Origin: a virus
DNA: 64,000 nt
IMG/VR virus record: IMGVR_UViG_3300043446_003158
Location: 64,001 to 128,000 of that record
Reading direction: 5' to 3' (one strand)
Below are positions 36,145 through 46,401 of the stretch, one piece after another; position 1 is the first letter of the stretch, and the number at the start of each line of letters is the position of its first letter. The notes beneath the pieces were generated by a model. The model was not told the DNA's origin, did not search any database, and saw only the letters and a program-made list of their open reading frames with translations. The position numbers and the translations under genes are program-made.

Positions 36145-37428
36145 TTAAACTCCTTTATCAGCACCGCTCTTGGTTTTGTGACTCTTATATCCTTTATTTT
36201 TCATAAACCAAGCAAGAGCATAAATGTTCTTATCTTTACCTTCTGAAGTTTTTCCTTTAGAAAGTTCGGGATACTTCTTCATCGCTTTAACAGTTCCTTC
36301 AAATCCTGGAGGAGCAACTTCCTGAATATCATCACCCTCTTGAGTATTATCTTCAGAATAATTTAAAGGAAGTCTACCAGATCTTTGCAATTGCATCGTT
36401 TGACGCTGGCGAGTGAGTGCCATTTGAACTTGCTGCTGTCTTAATTTGAGTTTTTTCTTTGCTTCTTCATCTTCTGGTTTTTTTGTAGCAACTGGAGGTT
36501 CAGCCTGCTCCATCGTTGGTTTTGTATTAATGTATTTTGAATTATTAACTCCTTCACCAGTAATAGCATCGCTAGAATTTTTTTTCTTTGCTTTTTTTGC
36601 TTCACCAATATATTCTTCTTTTTTTACTTCTCCTTTTTCCCAACCAATACCATCACCATCATCATCCCACCATCTTTTTACTTTAGGTTTTACTTTACTT
36701 TTCTTCTTCTCATCAAGCATTTCACCTTCTAATTCATAAGAAGCAGAAACAGTTCCTCTTTTTTTAATAGCATTACCTATTGCAGCACGACGCTTTAGAA
36801 GATACTTATCATTTTTATCTCTACTTGCTGGAATACCATCATTATCAAGATCACCCTTTGGATCTTCTTTACCAACAGGATCTAATCCTTTACCTGCTTT
36901 TACTTTTGCAGTTTTTTGTCCTTTAGTATCATCCTTATTTTCTTTTGGATGATACCCAGTCATTTCAACTCTTCTAATATTTGGATTTGAGCGAAGCTCT
37001 GCCATTTTTGCACGAGTTGCTTTACGACGATAAGTATTTCCAGTTTTCTTATCAGTAACAACTACCCAATATTGCTTTTCATCACCTTCGGTTATATCTT
37101 CGGTTTCTTCAGAATTAACACCCTCAACAAACACTTTAACAAGAGCATTTACTGTAGATTTTCTTGCAAGTTCAGGAATTCCATATTGTTCCGAAACACC
37201 AATTTTAAGTTTTTTTCTTGCAAGTGCTTTTACTGTTGATGGTGCTGGCGATGAAGCAAGTTGCCTCTCATATGCCTGTGCAACTTGAGCAGGATTCATG
37301 TCTGTATGTGAACCCATTTTTTCTTTAACTTTAAGTTTAACATCAGATGCTAACTGCGATGCCTGCTTCTCAACATCAGTATCTCCAGCAGCATGTCCAC
37401 GATGAGGACCACCTATATTTACAGCCAT
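36145..37428 (-). CDS. Large basic mosaic hypothetical protein, probably virion-internal
   Basis: 427 aa, Lys/Glu-rich; late-type TAAATA upstream. Confidence 0.7.
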   Translation of the reverse strand: MAVNIGGPHRGHAAGDTDVEKQASQLASDVKLKVKEKMGSHTDMNPAQVAQAYERQLASSPAPSTVKALARKKLKIGVSEQYGIPELARKSTVNALVKVFVEGVNSEETEDITEGDEKQYWVVVTDKKTGNTYRRKATRAKMAELRSNPNIRRVEMTGYHPKENKDDTKGQKTAKVKAGKGLDPVGKEDPKGDLDNDGIPASRDKNDKYLLKRRAAIGNAIKKRGTVSASYELEGEMLDEKKKSKVKPKVKRWWDDDGDGIGWEKGEVKKEEYIGEAKKAKKKNSSDAITGEGVNNSKYINTKPTMEQAEPPVATKKPEDEEAKKKLKLRQQQVQMALTRQRQTMQLQRSGRLPLNYSEDNTQEGDDIQEVAPPGFEGTVKAMKKYPELSKGKTSEGKDKNIYALAWFMKNKGYKSHKTKSGADKGV

Positions 37429-37465
37429 GGAATTTTTGTAATTTACTTTTTTCTATACTTATTTA

Positions 37466-37903
37466 TTAATTACCAGTTGTTTCAATAACATCTTTGATCC
37501 ATGATTTAAACATAACACTATCTTCAGTTACACAGATTAAATGATTTGTTCCTCTGCGAATTATTTTTCCAGTCATCCCAGTAATTAAACTTTGTACAAA
37601 ATCACCCTCTTTAAATATTTCGCCACTAATATACTTTTCTCTCAATTCCTGTTCACCAATTACTGGAGAATTTTGAGAAGTTTTTATTGATAAATTTTTT
37701 TCTTTGGATGTTTGTCTAGGGTCTTGCTGCCCAAACCGTTGCCTTTTATTATAAAACTGTAGTCTACCACCTATAGTTTTTGCTTCAAATTCTCCTGTTT
37801 TGTTATTATGCCAATCCCCATGCCCATTTCCAACAAGACCTAATCTTTTTGCATGAAAAGATGCTAGAGATGCTTCTTCTAAAAATTGAGAAAAACTTTT
37901 CAT
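37466..37903 (-). CDS. Short form of the cyanomyovirus cytidylyltransferase-like gene, apparently lacking the catalytic domain
   Basis: N-terminal KRLGLVGNGHGDW joined directly to C-terminal LREKYISGEIF...RRGTNHLICVTED; no HxGH motif. Confidence 0.55.
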   Translation of the reverse strand: MKSFSQFLEEASLASFHAKRLGLVGNGHGDWHNNKTGEFEAKTIGGRLQFYNKRQRFGQQDPRQTSKEKNLSIKTSQNSPVIGEQELREKYISGEIFKEGDFVQSLITGMTGKIIRRGTNHLICVTEDSVMFKSWIKDVIETTGN

Positions 37904-38133
37904 TACTTATGTTTACAAATTTTAGAGGTTATTACTTTTTCATTTGCCATTATGTATTCTAAAACACCAAACCTCATCTTTTTATATTTATTCTTTATTT
38001 TTTCTGTCTTGCAAGTTTTTATTTTATCGTCAAAAGTTTTATAAACGTGAGTAATAAAATCTTTATATTTTGCTGTAGACGTTTTAGATTTAGTTTCAAA
38101 TGAATTAATAATGTCCGAAATTATTGAATTCAT
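37903..38133 (-). CDS. Hypothetical protein
   Basis: Start MNSIISD; the track's upstream extension overlaps tRNA-Leu. Confidence 0.6.
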   Translation of the reverse strand: MNSIISDIINSFETKSKTSTAKYKDFITHVYKTFDDKIKTCKTEKIKNKYKKMRFGVLEYIMANEKVITSKICKHK

Positions 38134-38157
38134 ATCAAACTTTTTATTTTTATTTAG

Positions 38158-38230
38158 TGCCCGTGAGAAGATTTGAACTTCCACTGTATGGATTCTAAGT
38201 CCACCCTCTCTACCGTTGGAGTACACGGGC
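38158..38230 (-). tRNA. tRNA-Leu(UAG) with short variable loop
   Basis: GCCCGTG/CACGGGC acceptor stem, A73, anticodon loop CT-TAG-AA, 73 nt. Confidence 0.85.
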
Positions 38231-38233
38231 AAA

Positions 38234-38304
38234 TGGAGAATAGGAGAATCGAACTCCTAATAAGTGCTTGCAAAGCACCCGTTATACCGTTTAACTAATT
38301 CCCC
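38234..38304 (-). tRNA. tRNA-Ala(UGC)
   Basis: Cloverleaf; anticodon loop TT-TGC-AA; G3:U70 identity pair intact. Confidence 0.92.
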
Positions 38305-38328
38305 AGTAAACCCCGAAGGGTTATTTAT

Positions 38329-38844
38329 TTATTTTCCCCAAATTTGAATAGTACATCTCATATCTTCACAATGTGGAGATACTTGAGTTACAAAATGTTC
38401 TTGAGTTTCATCATTTAAAACTAGCATATTTTGTTTTGGAAGAATTGCTTTGAAAAAATTTTCTGGGCACTCATCATCTTTCCAAACAAATAAACCACCA
38501 TCACTAGTAGAACTAGGAGTATTCAAATATAAAGTTGCTCCAAATTTATATTTGGCATCAGAGTGCGATGAAATTGCGGAATATGGGTGCCAAATATAAT
38601 ATTGAAATAGTAGTTCGTCATAAGAAAACTCTTTAAATATTGAACTTAATTCAATTTTAAGATCTTCTAATATTTGTTTATTATCTAATGGTGTCACAGT
38701 ACAAACACCATCAACATTAACCATTATATTCTCTTCCCAAAAAAAATGATTAGATCTCCAACACGATTTTTTTGTTTTTTCTATAACATCATTCCTACAG
38801 GCATTAAAAAGACGATCAGATAAAACTTCTTCGTAAATTTTCAT
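38329..38844 (-). CDS. 2OG-Fe(II) oxygenase (prolyl-hydroxylase-like)
   Basis: ISSHSD, TLYLN, DGGLF, EHFVT, RCTIQIW. Confidence 0.8.
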   Translation of the reverse strand: MKIYEEVLSDRLFNACRNDVIEKTKKSCWRSNHFFWEENIMVNVDGVCTVTPLDNKQILEDLKIELSSIFKEFSYDELLFQYYIWHPYSAISSHSDAKYKFGATLYLNTPSSTSDGGLFVWKDDECPENFFKAILPKQNMLVLNDETQEHFVTQVSPHCEDMRCTIQIWGK

Positions 38845-39023
38845 TGTACTTGCTTTTCAATTTCAGAATCTAGATTATAAATTACAGCACGAATATCAGA
38901 AATCCTAGGAGGAACACTTACCTCATCATAGGTATATCTTTTTTGTGCATCAAAAAGAATTTGCCGAACTGCAGCAGCAGAACGAACATCCATTTTAATT
39001 GTTACTTGTTTTTCTTTAGTCAT
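38841..39023 (-). CDS. Small hypothetical protein
   Basis: 60-aa ORF coupled to mazG. Confidence 0.6.
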   Translation of the reverse strand: MTKEKQVTIKMDVRSAAAVRQILFDAQKRYTYDEVSVPPRISDIRAVIYNLDSEIEKQVQ

Positions 39024-39436
39024 CGGTCGTCAGCAGCACGGTTTTCGGAGAAGTAAACATCAAAAGCACCTTCAGGATAACGCTTCAGAAGTTTTTGAAC
39101 ATTACGAGCAACTACATCATCAAGAGTTACTTCAAGTGCCATACAGGCTTGAGCAACATACCACATAATATCACCAAGTTCAATAATCAAATGTTCACGA
39201 TTATCTTCATTAAAAGGTTTGCCCTGGAAAATCATTTTTTTAACAATCTCCATAAACTCACCACCTTCGGCATTAATACCAACAGCAGAAGTTAGAAGAC
39301 GTTCAATATTTGCACCTTTCTCATCAAGAGCAACTAGGCGATCAGAAAGAGAAAGAAAGTCTTTAGATGCATCAGAAGTTACAGCATCTACAAACTCTGC
39401 GTACTTATTAAAATCAACGTGTTTTGCAGTTTCCAT
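39020..39436 (-). CDS. mazG: MazG-like NTP pyrophosphohydrolase
   Basis: GINAEGGEFMEIVKK, ELGDIMWY, NVQKL. Confidence 0.9.
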   Translation of the reverse strand: METAKHVDFNKYAEFVDAVTSDASKDFLSLSDRLVALDEKGANIERLLTSAVGINAEGGEFMEIVKKMIFQGKPFNEDNREHLIIELGDIMWYVAQACMALEVTLDDVVARNVQKLLKRYPEGAFDVYFSENRAADDR

Positions 39437-40842
39437 TAAAATTTAAATCCTTCAAACGACTTTTTAGGTTTCTGTTCTTCATAATTATACTCTTCATCTT
39501 GTCCAGAGTCAAGTATATCTTTTTGTGCAGTTTGCTCACAATCATACAGTCTCATTTTAGCACGGTCAATACCAACAATAAATCGTTTATAAATTGTGGG
39601 GTCATTATAACGATTTTTAAGTTGTTTTACCATAATCTGCCCAAGTCCTTCCAACTCTTCAGTACTAATAAGGGCAAACATAAGATCAGCAGTAGCAGGG
39701 AGACCAAAGGACTCGCTAGTATCAGTAAGTTCAACATCGCTATTGCCATAACCTGAACGAGTGGTTTGAGTAGCAGATACGATTGGTACGTTGAACTCAA
39801 CTGCAAGTCCCCGTAACTCTTCAGCAATTGCTTTAATATACGAATATGAATTGACAGAAAGGTTTGACTTATACCTGCTGGAAGCACAAATATTAAGGTA
39901 ATCAATGAAAATAATATCAGGTCTAAATGACTTCTTAAGTGCAAGTTCATTAAGAAGTGATTTAAAGTGTCCACTATGTGCAGATGCTGTAGGATATTCT
40001 TTAATTATAAGAGTTCCTTGTGTTTTCTTTGCAAGATTTGTAACCTTGTTTTCAAACATCTGGCGAGGAAGTTCTACTAATTGTTGAATTGGAACATTTA
40101 AAAGGTTTGCATCAATACGTTCAGCAATTTTCTCCTCTGCCATCTCCAGTGTAATGTAAAGCACATTACGTCCGTCAAGCACACAGGAGCTAGCCATATG
40201 ACACATGAAAAGAGACTTACCAACACCTGTCCCAGCAAGAGCGATGTTAAGAGTCTTGTTAGGAAGACCACCTTTCGTAATTTTGTTAAAATATTCCAAA
40301 TCAAACGGAATACGATTTTCTTTTCTGTGATAAGACTCATATCGTTCCTCATAATCTTGTAAGTAATCATGACCAATATGATTATCAAAAGATACTGCTA
40401 GAGCATTTGAAAGAATGCTTGGAATAGCATCTCTATTCTTCTTTTCATCATTACCATCTGCAATATGGATTGATTCCATAAGAGCGAGATAGATTGCACG
40501 ATCACGACACCACTTTTCAGTAGTATCAAGCAACCATCTTTCATCTACAATAGAATCGTGAAGTGATTTAGAAATTTCTCTAATTTCTTTGACTTCACTA
40601 TCTGATAAATCTGTACGATTTTCAATTTCAATATTAAGTGCCTCAAGTGTAATTGAGGAACCATATTTAACGATAAAATTTACAACTTCTTGAAAAACTA
40701 CTTTTTCTGTTCTTTGTTCAAAATAATTTGGTTGAATAAAAGGAATTACTTTCCTAGAATAATTTTCATTAAATACAAGGTTTCGCAGAATAGTAGTTTC
40801 AATTCGTTCCATAAGAGAATTCTTGTTTTGCAATTTCGTCAA
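39436..40842 (-). CDS. gp41: Replicative DNA helicase (T4 gp41-like)
   Basis: AGTGVGKS Walker [21 protein letters not shown]; likely start MERIET. Confidence 0.95.
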   Translation of the reverse strand: MTKLQNKNSLMERIETTILRNLVFNENYSRKVIPFIQPNYFEQRTEKVVFQEVVNFIVKYGSSITLEALNIEIENRTDLSDSEVKEIREISKSLHDSIVDERWLLDTTEKWCRDRAIYLALMESIHIADGNDEKKNRDAIPSILSNALAVSFDNHIGHDYLQDYEERYESYHRKENRIPFDLEYFNKITKGGLPNKTLNIALAGTGVGKSLFMCHMASSCVLDGRNVLYITLEMAEEKIAERIDANLLNVPIQQLVELPRQMFENKVTNLAKKTQGTLIIKEYPTASAHSGHFKSLLNELALKKSFRPDIIFIDYLNICASSRYKSNLSVNSYSYIKAIAEELRGLAVEFNVPIVSATQTTRSGYGNSDVELTDTSESFGLPATADLMFALISTEELEGLGQIMVKQLKNRYNDPTIYKRFIVGIDRAKMRLYDCEQTAQKDILDSGQDEEYNYEEQKPKKSFEGFKF

Positions 40843-41806
40843 GTTTTTGCATTACTTCTTCGGTAAAGTAATCTTCTGGATTCGCAAGAATTTGCTTTCC
40901 ATAGATTTTCTTACCGTCAATTTCGTAACGCCCTGCTACGTTTTTCCAAAGTCCGCCAATTTCACCGAGTTCAAGAAGACCATAATATCTATCAAGACCA
41001 CGATGATCGTAATAAAGGCGTACTTCAACATCTTTATTTTCCTTACTTAAACGTGATTTAGCAGTTTTTGCTTTGATAATATTCCCAATAACTTCAGTTC
41101 CGTCTTTTTCCTTTTTCTTGGAAAGATAGATAATGCTAGAAGCAGCATATTTTAAACCACTTCCACCACCCATTTCTTTTGTTGGAACATAAGCACCAAT
41201 AACATCATAGGTGTGATTAGTTACAATCATAGGAATGTTTGCCTGCCCCAACTTGAGTGTAAGCATACGGAAGGCACCTTTTACAAGTTGTGATTTAGTC
41301 ATGTCACGAACTTGCTTATCATTAAGAGCATCAGTAATCTCCTTTTCAGTTGAAAGCATACCTAAAGAGTCTAACACAAACATACAGGGTTTGCGTTCTT
41401 CTGCAGGTTTCTTTAAGTAAATATCAACTGCCTTTAGTGCCTTACCACGAAACTCTTCTACGGTGACAACATTAACCACGACAAGACGAGATGTGTCGAT
41501 GCCGCGTGACTCCAAGAGTGATTTAGTAATGGCAGCTTCAGTATCAAAGTAGAGACAATAACCATCGGGGTGAGTATCAAGAAAATTCTTAACCACAGCG
41601 ATAGAGAAAAAAGTTTTTCCAGTAGAAGACTCTCCAGCAATAGCAGTAATCTTATTCCCAGATACACCACCAAATATGCTACCTGAAACCAGTGCATTAA
41701 AAATGTACGAACCTGTGTCAACATAAGTTTCAGTCTCATCTATATCAGAAGCGAGAGAAGCATATTCTCCCCCAACCTCTTTAATTATATCCTTTAGAAA
41801 ATCCAT
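40799..41806 (-). CDS. uvsX: RecA-like recombinase
   Basis: [23 protein letters not shown]. Confidence 0.92.
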   Translation of the reverse strand: MDFLKDIIKEVGGEYASLASDIDETETYVDTGSYIFNALVSGSIFGGVSGNKITAIAGESSTGKTFFSIAVVKNFLDTHPDGYCLYFDTEAAITKSLLESRGIDTSRLVVVNVVTVEEFRGKALKAVDIYLKKPAEERKPCMFVLDSLGMLSTEKEITDALNDKQVRDMTKSQLVKGAFRMLTLKLGQANIPMIVTNHTYDVIGAYVPTKEMGGGSGLKYAASSIIYLSKKKEKDGTEVIGNIIKAKTAKSRLSKENKDVEVRLYYDHRGLDRYYGLLELGEIGGLWKNVAGRYEIDGKKIYGKQILANPEDYFTEEVMQKLDEIAKQEFSYGTN

Positions 41807-41930
41807 TCTTCTTTACCTTAAGTATGTTTATTTTATAAGACCAAAGTTTATTATAAAGTTTGGGATTAGAAAACTTTATTGTTTCAATAATAATGTCTAG
41901 TTCTTTTTCATTAATAGGAAGTTTTATCAT
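41781..41930 (-). CDS. Microprotein, paralog B (not in ORF track)
   Basis: [33 protein letters not shown]... Confidence 0.5.
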   Translation of the reverse strand: MIKLPINEKELDIIIETIKFSNPKLYNKLWSYKINILKVKKNGFSKGYN

Positions 41931-42091
41931 GCAACTATCCCATATTCTTCTCGGAGAATTTTTTTATAAGGCAAACCTTGATCTTTAAGTTCTTTTACAA
42001 GTTTTAGTTTATGATAAAGAGCAGCATCTCCACCAAAACCAAGTGCTTTTACAATAGTATTCAGTTCTTTATCATTAATAGGCAAATCCAT
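41927..42091 (-). CDS. Microprotein, paralog A (not in ORF track)
   Basis: [54 protein letters not shown]. Confidence 0.6.
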   Translation of the reverse strand: MDLPINDKELNTIVKALGFGGDAALYHKLKLVKELKDQGLPYKKILREEYGIVA

Positions 42092-42094
42092 AAA

Positions 42095-42214
42095 TCACTC
42101 AAACTTATAATGTGAATATTGAGATTTAAAAATTTCTACCTGTTCTTTAGTTTTAAAGAACTTAAAAAGGACAGTATTTGGAAATTCTTTAAGTTGATAT
42201 TTGACTTTAATCAT
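42095..42214 (-). CDS. Microprotein (not in ORF track)
   Basis: MIKVKYQLKEFPNTVLFKFFKTKEQVEIFKSQYSHYKFE; start overlaps the gp43 stop. Confidence 0.5.
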   Translation of the reverse strand: MIKVKYQLKEFPNTVLFKFFKTKEQVEIFKSQYSHYKFE

Positions 42215-44715
42215 TAGGAAAAAAATAGTTCAAGGTTTACAGTTTTTTCTTCTTTCCACCCAATAATATTCAAAATTGTTTTGAGTGGATCCAAGAATGC
42301 TTTTTCAAATTGTAGTTCATAGTCAATATATTTGTCAAGACCAAGTTCAGTAGGAAACTGTTGAATGAATGAAATTACATTTTCCTGAATAGTGTTTGGT
42401 TTTTTAAGAAAAATAAATTTGACTTTTTCACCATTATTAATAAGTGAATATTTATTGGTAAGTTTTTTTTGTTTTATATAATAATTAAAAAGGAGTGCTC
42501 CGCGAACTTGAATTGGTGTTTTAGGAGCATAAATGTCAGATGAAGAATAATACTTACGAACATCGGAGGCAGTTCTTGGAAAAGCAATCTGTTCTGGCGG
42601 AAGACTCTTAAACTCTTCGCGGCACTTATCAATAAATTCAATCATATCATTTTCGGATCCGCTCATCATAATGTTAAAAGATTCTTTTAACATCTTGCGA
42701 CAGGGAGCAGGAGTAGAAGATTTAATTGCTTCAATTCCTTTAATTTTCAGTTTAGGTTCTTCATAACGAACACCTTCACTATCCCATACACTCAAGATGT
42801 ATCGCTTCTTCGCAGTCCAAATACCACGTTCAGCAATACATTCACGCTTCATGAACATCTTTTGATCATAAGCATTTACATACTCAGCCAGTTCTTGGTA
42901 AGAACTTTCAATATACTTTTCAAATTCCATCCGACAGACCTTATCAAGGAACGAAACAACGCCTTGAGTAGTTTTCTCTCTTCCCTTGTATACACTTTCA
43001 ACCAAAGGACCCATATTAACGTAAAGAGAATCAGTATCTGAAGCAATAACATAATCTACATCTCCACTCTTAAGAATTTTGTTTAGGTATTCATTTACCT
43101 TATTCATAATCCAATTGATTGAAACCTGCCCAGAAAGAGTGATTGCTTCTGCATTCGCCAACTTAAAGTATCGGAAATACTGATTACCAATTGCACCATA
43201 AGCAGAGTTTAATTGAATCTTACGTGCCATTTGGATGTTATTGCACCGAGCAATCTCTTTTTCCAACTCCTTTGTCTTTTTCTTTTCGTATGCTTGTTCT
43301 GCCTCAAGCATTTTCTTTTTGAAAATCACACGTTCATTATAGATTTTCTCCATAAGTTCTGGTAGAAATCCACGAATATCCTTACGATACATAGCACCAT
43401 TTGCACATACCGCATAATCCTTATACATCTCAAAGTTAATGCTCTGATTCAGAATCTTATCAACATTAACTGATGGATGTCGCTCTTCAACCAGAGTTTC
43501 TGGGGAGATGTTATATTGCATAATCAAATGTGGATATAGGGAGTTAAGGTCAAAACTCACCACCCAATCATACATTCCAGGAATTGGTTCTTTTACATAG
43601 GCACCTTCATACTTGGAATCCTTATCAGAACGCTCTTTAGGGGGAATCACAATATTTCTCTTTTTAAGATAATTGTAAATGATTGTATCCCACATACGAA
43701 CTTGAGAAAACACGTCCTCATAGTTTGCCTTGGCATCATATGCCATCGTAAGAGCAAGTTCAATTAGTTTCATCTTGTCTTCCAAACGGTCAACAAGTTC
43801 CACGTCCTTGATGTTATATTCTACGAACTTTTGCCAACCTTTTGTATAGAAATCCTTGAACGTATCAAACTCAGAGTGATCCAGTTTCTTTTGCTTAAGT
43901 TCAACCTCGGCAATATAATCTAGGCGATAAGATTCTTGTGCCTTGTAAGTAAATTTCTTATAAAGATCAAGATAGTCTAACTGTGAGATTCCACCAATAT
44001 CATAACAAAGATGTTCACGCCCAGAAATATAAACCTTATCTTCAGTCACCAACCCCCAAGGAGACAATCGTTTCATTAATTTTTCACCAAGAACACGATC
44101 AATACGCCGAACAAGATATGGAATATCGTACAGTTTACTATTCCATCCAGTTACAACTTCTGGAATATTTTCTTCAATCATCCACCAGTGAATAAAATCA
44201 TTCAAAAGATTATATTCATTAGAAAATGAACGATAAGAAACGTTCTTTTGATTATTTTGAAATGGTCCTTTTCCCCAAGTACGAATTTGTTTTGATGAAT
44301 AATCCTGAACAGTAATCAAAAGAACTTCTTCCGATGCAGATTCCACATCAGGAAATCCATTTTCAGAAGCAACCTCAATATCAATTGTAGTTACTTTAAT
44401 CTTGTTAATATCAAACTTAAGTTCTTCTTCTGGATAAATGTCAGAAATATATTGGTAGATATATTGAGTATTTCCAAAGATTTTGAAATTTTCTACGTTC
44501 TCATATTTTTTAACAAATTCCCTACAATCACGCACGGAACCAGGTTGAACTGATTCAACATATTCTCCACCTAAAGTTTTATATTTTGTTTTATTATTTG
44601 AAGGGACAAAAAGAGTCGGGTTAAACTTTTCACGGGTCATGAAATGTTTTCCATCTTCATAACCACGGACAAGAAAGTTGTCCCCGACCATTTGAACGTT
44701 AGTATAAAATCTCAT
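42214..44715 (-). CDS. gp43: Family B DNA polymerase (T4 gp43-like)
   Basis: DIEV exonuclease motif, SFDLNSLYP, KIQLNSAYG, ASDTDS. Confidence 0.97.
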   Translation of the reverse strand: MRFYTNVQMVGDNFLVRGYEDGKHFMTREKFNPTLFVPSNNKTKYKTLGGEYVESVQPGSVRDCREFVKKYENVENFKIFGNTQYIYQYISDIYPEEELKFDINKIKVTTIDIEVASENGFPDVESASEEVLLITVQDYSSKQIRTWGKGPFQNNQKNVSYRSFSNEYNLLNDFIHWWMIEENIPEVVTGWNSKLYDIPYLVRRIDRVLGEKLMKRLSPWGLVTEDKVYISGREHLCYDIGGISQLDYLDLYKKFTYKAQESYRLDYIAEVELKQKKLDHSEFDTFKDFYTKGWQKFVEYNIKDVELVDRLEDKMKLIELALTMAYDAKANYEDVFSQVRMWDTIIYNYLKKRNIVIPPKERSDKDSKYEGAYVKEPIPGMYDWVVSFDLNSLYPHLIMQYNISPETLVEERHPSVNVDKILNQSINFEMYKDYAVCANGAMYRKDIRGFLPELMEKIYNERVIFKKKMLEAEQAYEKKKTKELEKEIARCNNIQMARKIQLNSAYGAIGNQYFRYFKLANAEAITLSGQVSINWIMNKVNEYLNKILKSGDVDYVIASDTDSLYVNMGPLVESVYKGREKTTQGVVSFLDKVCRMEFEKYIESSYQELAEYVNAYDQKMFMKRECIAERGIWTAKKRYILSVWDSEGVRYEEPKLKIKGIEAIKSSTPAPCRKMLKESFNIMMSGSENDMIEFIDKCREEFKSLPPEQIAFPRTASDVRKYYSSSDIYAPKTPIQVRGALLFNYYIKQKKLTNKYSLINNGEKVKFIFLKKPNTIQENVISFIQQFPTELGLDKYIDYELQFEKAFLDPLKTILNIIGWKEEKTVNLELFFS

Positions 44716-45002
44716 CAGGAAATAATATCAATATATTTTTTAATAATATCAGAGTTTGGATTGATAATTGTTAAGATGCTGTCAGAATTGACTAAAAATT
44801 CATCTTGTTTTGTGTAGTCACATAACCAGTTTTGTAAGTAAACGTCTTCTGTTATTCCTTTTTTTATTTCACAAGGTTTAATTAGTTTACAATTTGGATC
44901 TCCTAATTCTGATTCAACTTCTTCAATTTGAGATATAACTATTGTACCATTTTTAAATACAATCGTCTTAATTGTTGCTTCCATCTTCAGTCTCCTGACC
45001 AT
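44715..45002 (-). CDS. Sm-like-fold hypothetical protein
   Basis: IKTIVFKNGTIVISQIEE; resembles the neighbouring gene. Confidence 0.6.
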   Translation of the reverse strand: MVRRLKMEATIKTIVFKNGTIVISQIEEVESELGDPNCKLIKPCEIKKGITEDVYLQNWLCDYTKQDEFLVNSDSILTIINPNSDIIKKYIDIIS

Positions 45003-45312
45003 TCACGTCTTCGTTGTTAGTTCCTTCTGGATCATACATTTTTGCAAGAGAATCAATTGGATCTACAATTGTAACAATCCAATCAAAAGGAACTACCATT
45101 TGATTACTTTTAGATAAAAGCATCCATTTGGTTAGAGATACATTTACAACACTTGAATTTTTTTCCTCTTCGGGAACTAAAACTGGTGAATCATAAAAAA
45201 CTCTTTGGGGATTGGTAAACAAATATCCATAAAGTTTTTCTTCCTGGTGAACTTCTTTAACATCCGCAATCACGGTTTCACCAGATTTTAACAAAACTAA
45301 TTTTACTGTCAT
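44968..45312 (-). CDS. Sm-like-fold hypothetical protein
   Basis: VKLVLLKSGETVIADVKE...DWIVTIVDP. Confidence 0.7.
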   Translation of the reverse strand: MTVKLVLLKSGETVIADVKEVHQEEKLYGYLFTNPQRVFYDSPVLVPEEEKNSSVVNVSLTKWMLLSKSNQMVVPFDWIVTIVDPIDSLAKMYDPEGTNNEDVNGQETEDGSNN

Positions 45313-45335
45313 TTTTTTTAAAGTTTCCTCTATCT

Positions 45336-45386
45336 ATTTTAGCAAGAAAAAAAGGAGGTGTCAACTGGATTTTGCCAGTTACCTCC
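45336..45386 (-). promoter_or_regulatory. hsp20 terminator containing promoter TTGACA-17-TAAAAT
   Basis: GGAGGTAACTGG-CAAAAT-CCAG-TTGACA-CCTCC-TTTTTTT-CTTGC-TAAAAT. Confidence 0.72.
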
Positions 45387-45418
45387 CGTGGCATAGCGCC
45401 GACGATATTCAATTTTAT

Positions 45419-45853
45419 TTATAGATAATCTTTTCGTTTGTGATACTCTGGAACAATTCTACCAAGCACAACGGTTAGAAGCCCATCCTCAAAATCAACT
45501 GATCGTACTTCCGTATCATCAGAGAGTGTCCACGCTCTCTTAAAACTCCGTTGAGCCAAACCCTTGTGGAGATAGTTGGACTCCGTTTCTTTATCTTCCT
45601 TTTGGCCCTCCACAAAGAGTTTACCGTCTTGTGTGTAAACATAAACTTCTTTTTTCTTAAACCCAGCAAGTGCAATCTCTAGTCGAGATTCTACATTATT
45701 TACCTGAACTAGATTGTAAGGTGGATAATTTGTTGTAGTTTCATGAAGGTTGAATAGACGATCAAAATATTCATCCATTCCAATACTATTACGAGTAATT
45801 TTATCTAAAAGAGTAGGCAAATCAGTAGTAGTATACCTTGAGAGGTTAGTCAT
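45419..45853 (-). CDS. hsp20: Small heat-shock protein
   Basis: NYPPYN, LAGF, YLHKGLAQRSF, DGLL. Confidence 0.93.
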   Translation of the reverse strand: MTNLSRYTTTDLPTLLDKITRNSIGMDEYFDRLFNLHETTTNYPPYNLVQVNNVESRLEIALAGFKKKEVYVYTQDGKLFVEGQKEDKETESNYLHKGLAQRSFKRAWTLSDDTEVRSVDFEDGLLTVVLGRIVPEYHKRKDYL

Positions 45854-45960
45854 TATAGTAGCTCCTTAAAAAGCGAGTTTGTGTTTTGTGGATCCTTTCG
45901 GCATCCGTATATAATTATAACAGAAAGAATAAAAAAGGGAGTGTTGAACCCCCTACAAAA

Positions 45961-46401
45961 TCATTCGGTTTCTTCTACCCTTTTCTTTTTAGATCCAATA
46001 TTATATTTTGTTTCTAAAATCCATTCTCCCTTATCTTTATAAGAAAGAACTTTAATTTGATTTAATGGTGCAATATCTTGAATTTTTTCAAGATCTACAA
46101 TTGTAATTAGACCCCAATCCGCAAGAAGTTGGGCAATACGATTGCGACGCTGAACATCATTTACAGTAAGGTTTGCATGTTTGCCATCCAGGGCAAACAG
46201 TTCTTTAAAATGAACTAGATAATATCTACCTTGCTTATGTAAAATATGGCAAGATTGGTAGATTTTCTTTTCCTTTCTTGAAGCGACTCCGATACGAGTC
46301 AAAGTTTCACGCACTTTCAAAAAGTCATCAGGTTCATTAAGAACCACTTCAACCATTTGATTTGGCGTCCACTTCACTTCAGGTTCTTGAACGACACTCA
46401 T
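45961..46401 (-). CDS. regA: Translational repressor RegA
   Basis: DDFLKVRETLTRIG, QSCHILHKQG, HFKELF. Confidence 0.95.
   Translation of the reverse strand: MSVVQEPEVKWTPNQMVEVVLNEPDDFLKVRETLTRIGVASRKEKKIYQSCHILHKQGRYYLVHFKELFALDGKHANLTVNDVQRRNRIAQLLADWGLITIVDLEKIQDIAPLNQIKVLSYKDKGEWILETKYNIGSKKKRVEETE

Noticed and set aside
38158-38230. Possible amber suppressor or stop-codon recoding suggested by the TAG anticodon
   Set aside because: Anticodon UAG reads CUA (Leu); a suppressor would need CUA. Core genes are intact under the standard code
38134-38232. N-terminal extension of ORF 37903-38232 in the track
   Set aside because: Overlaps tRNA-Leu; the true start is probably the ATG at 38131-38133, after a late promoter
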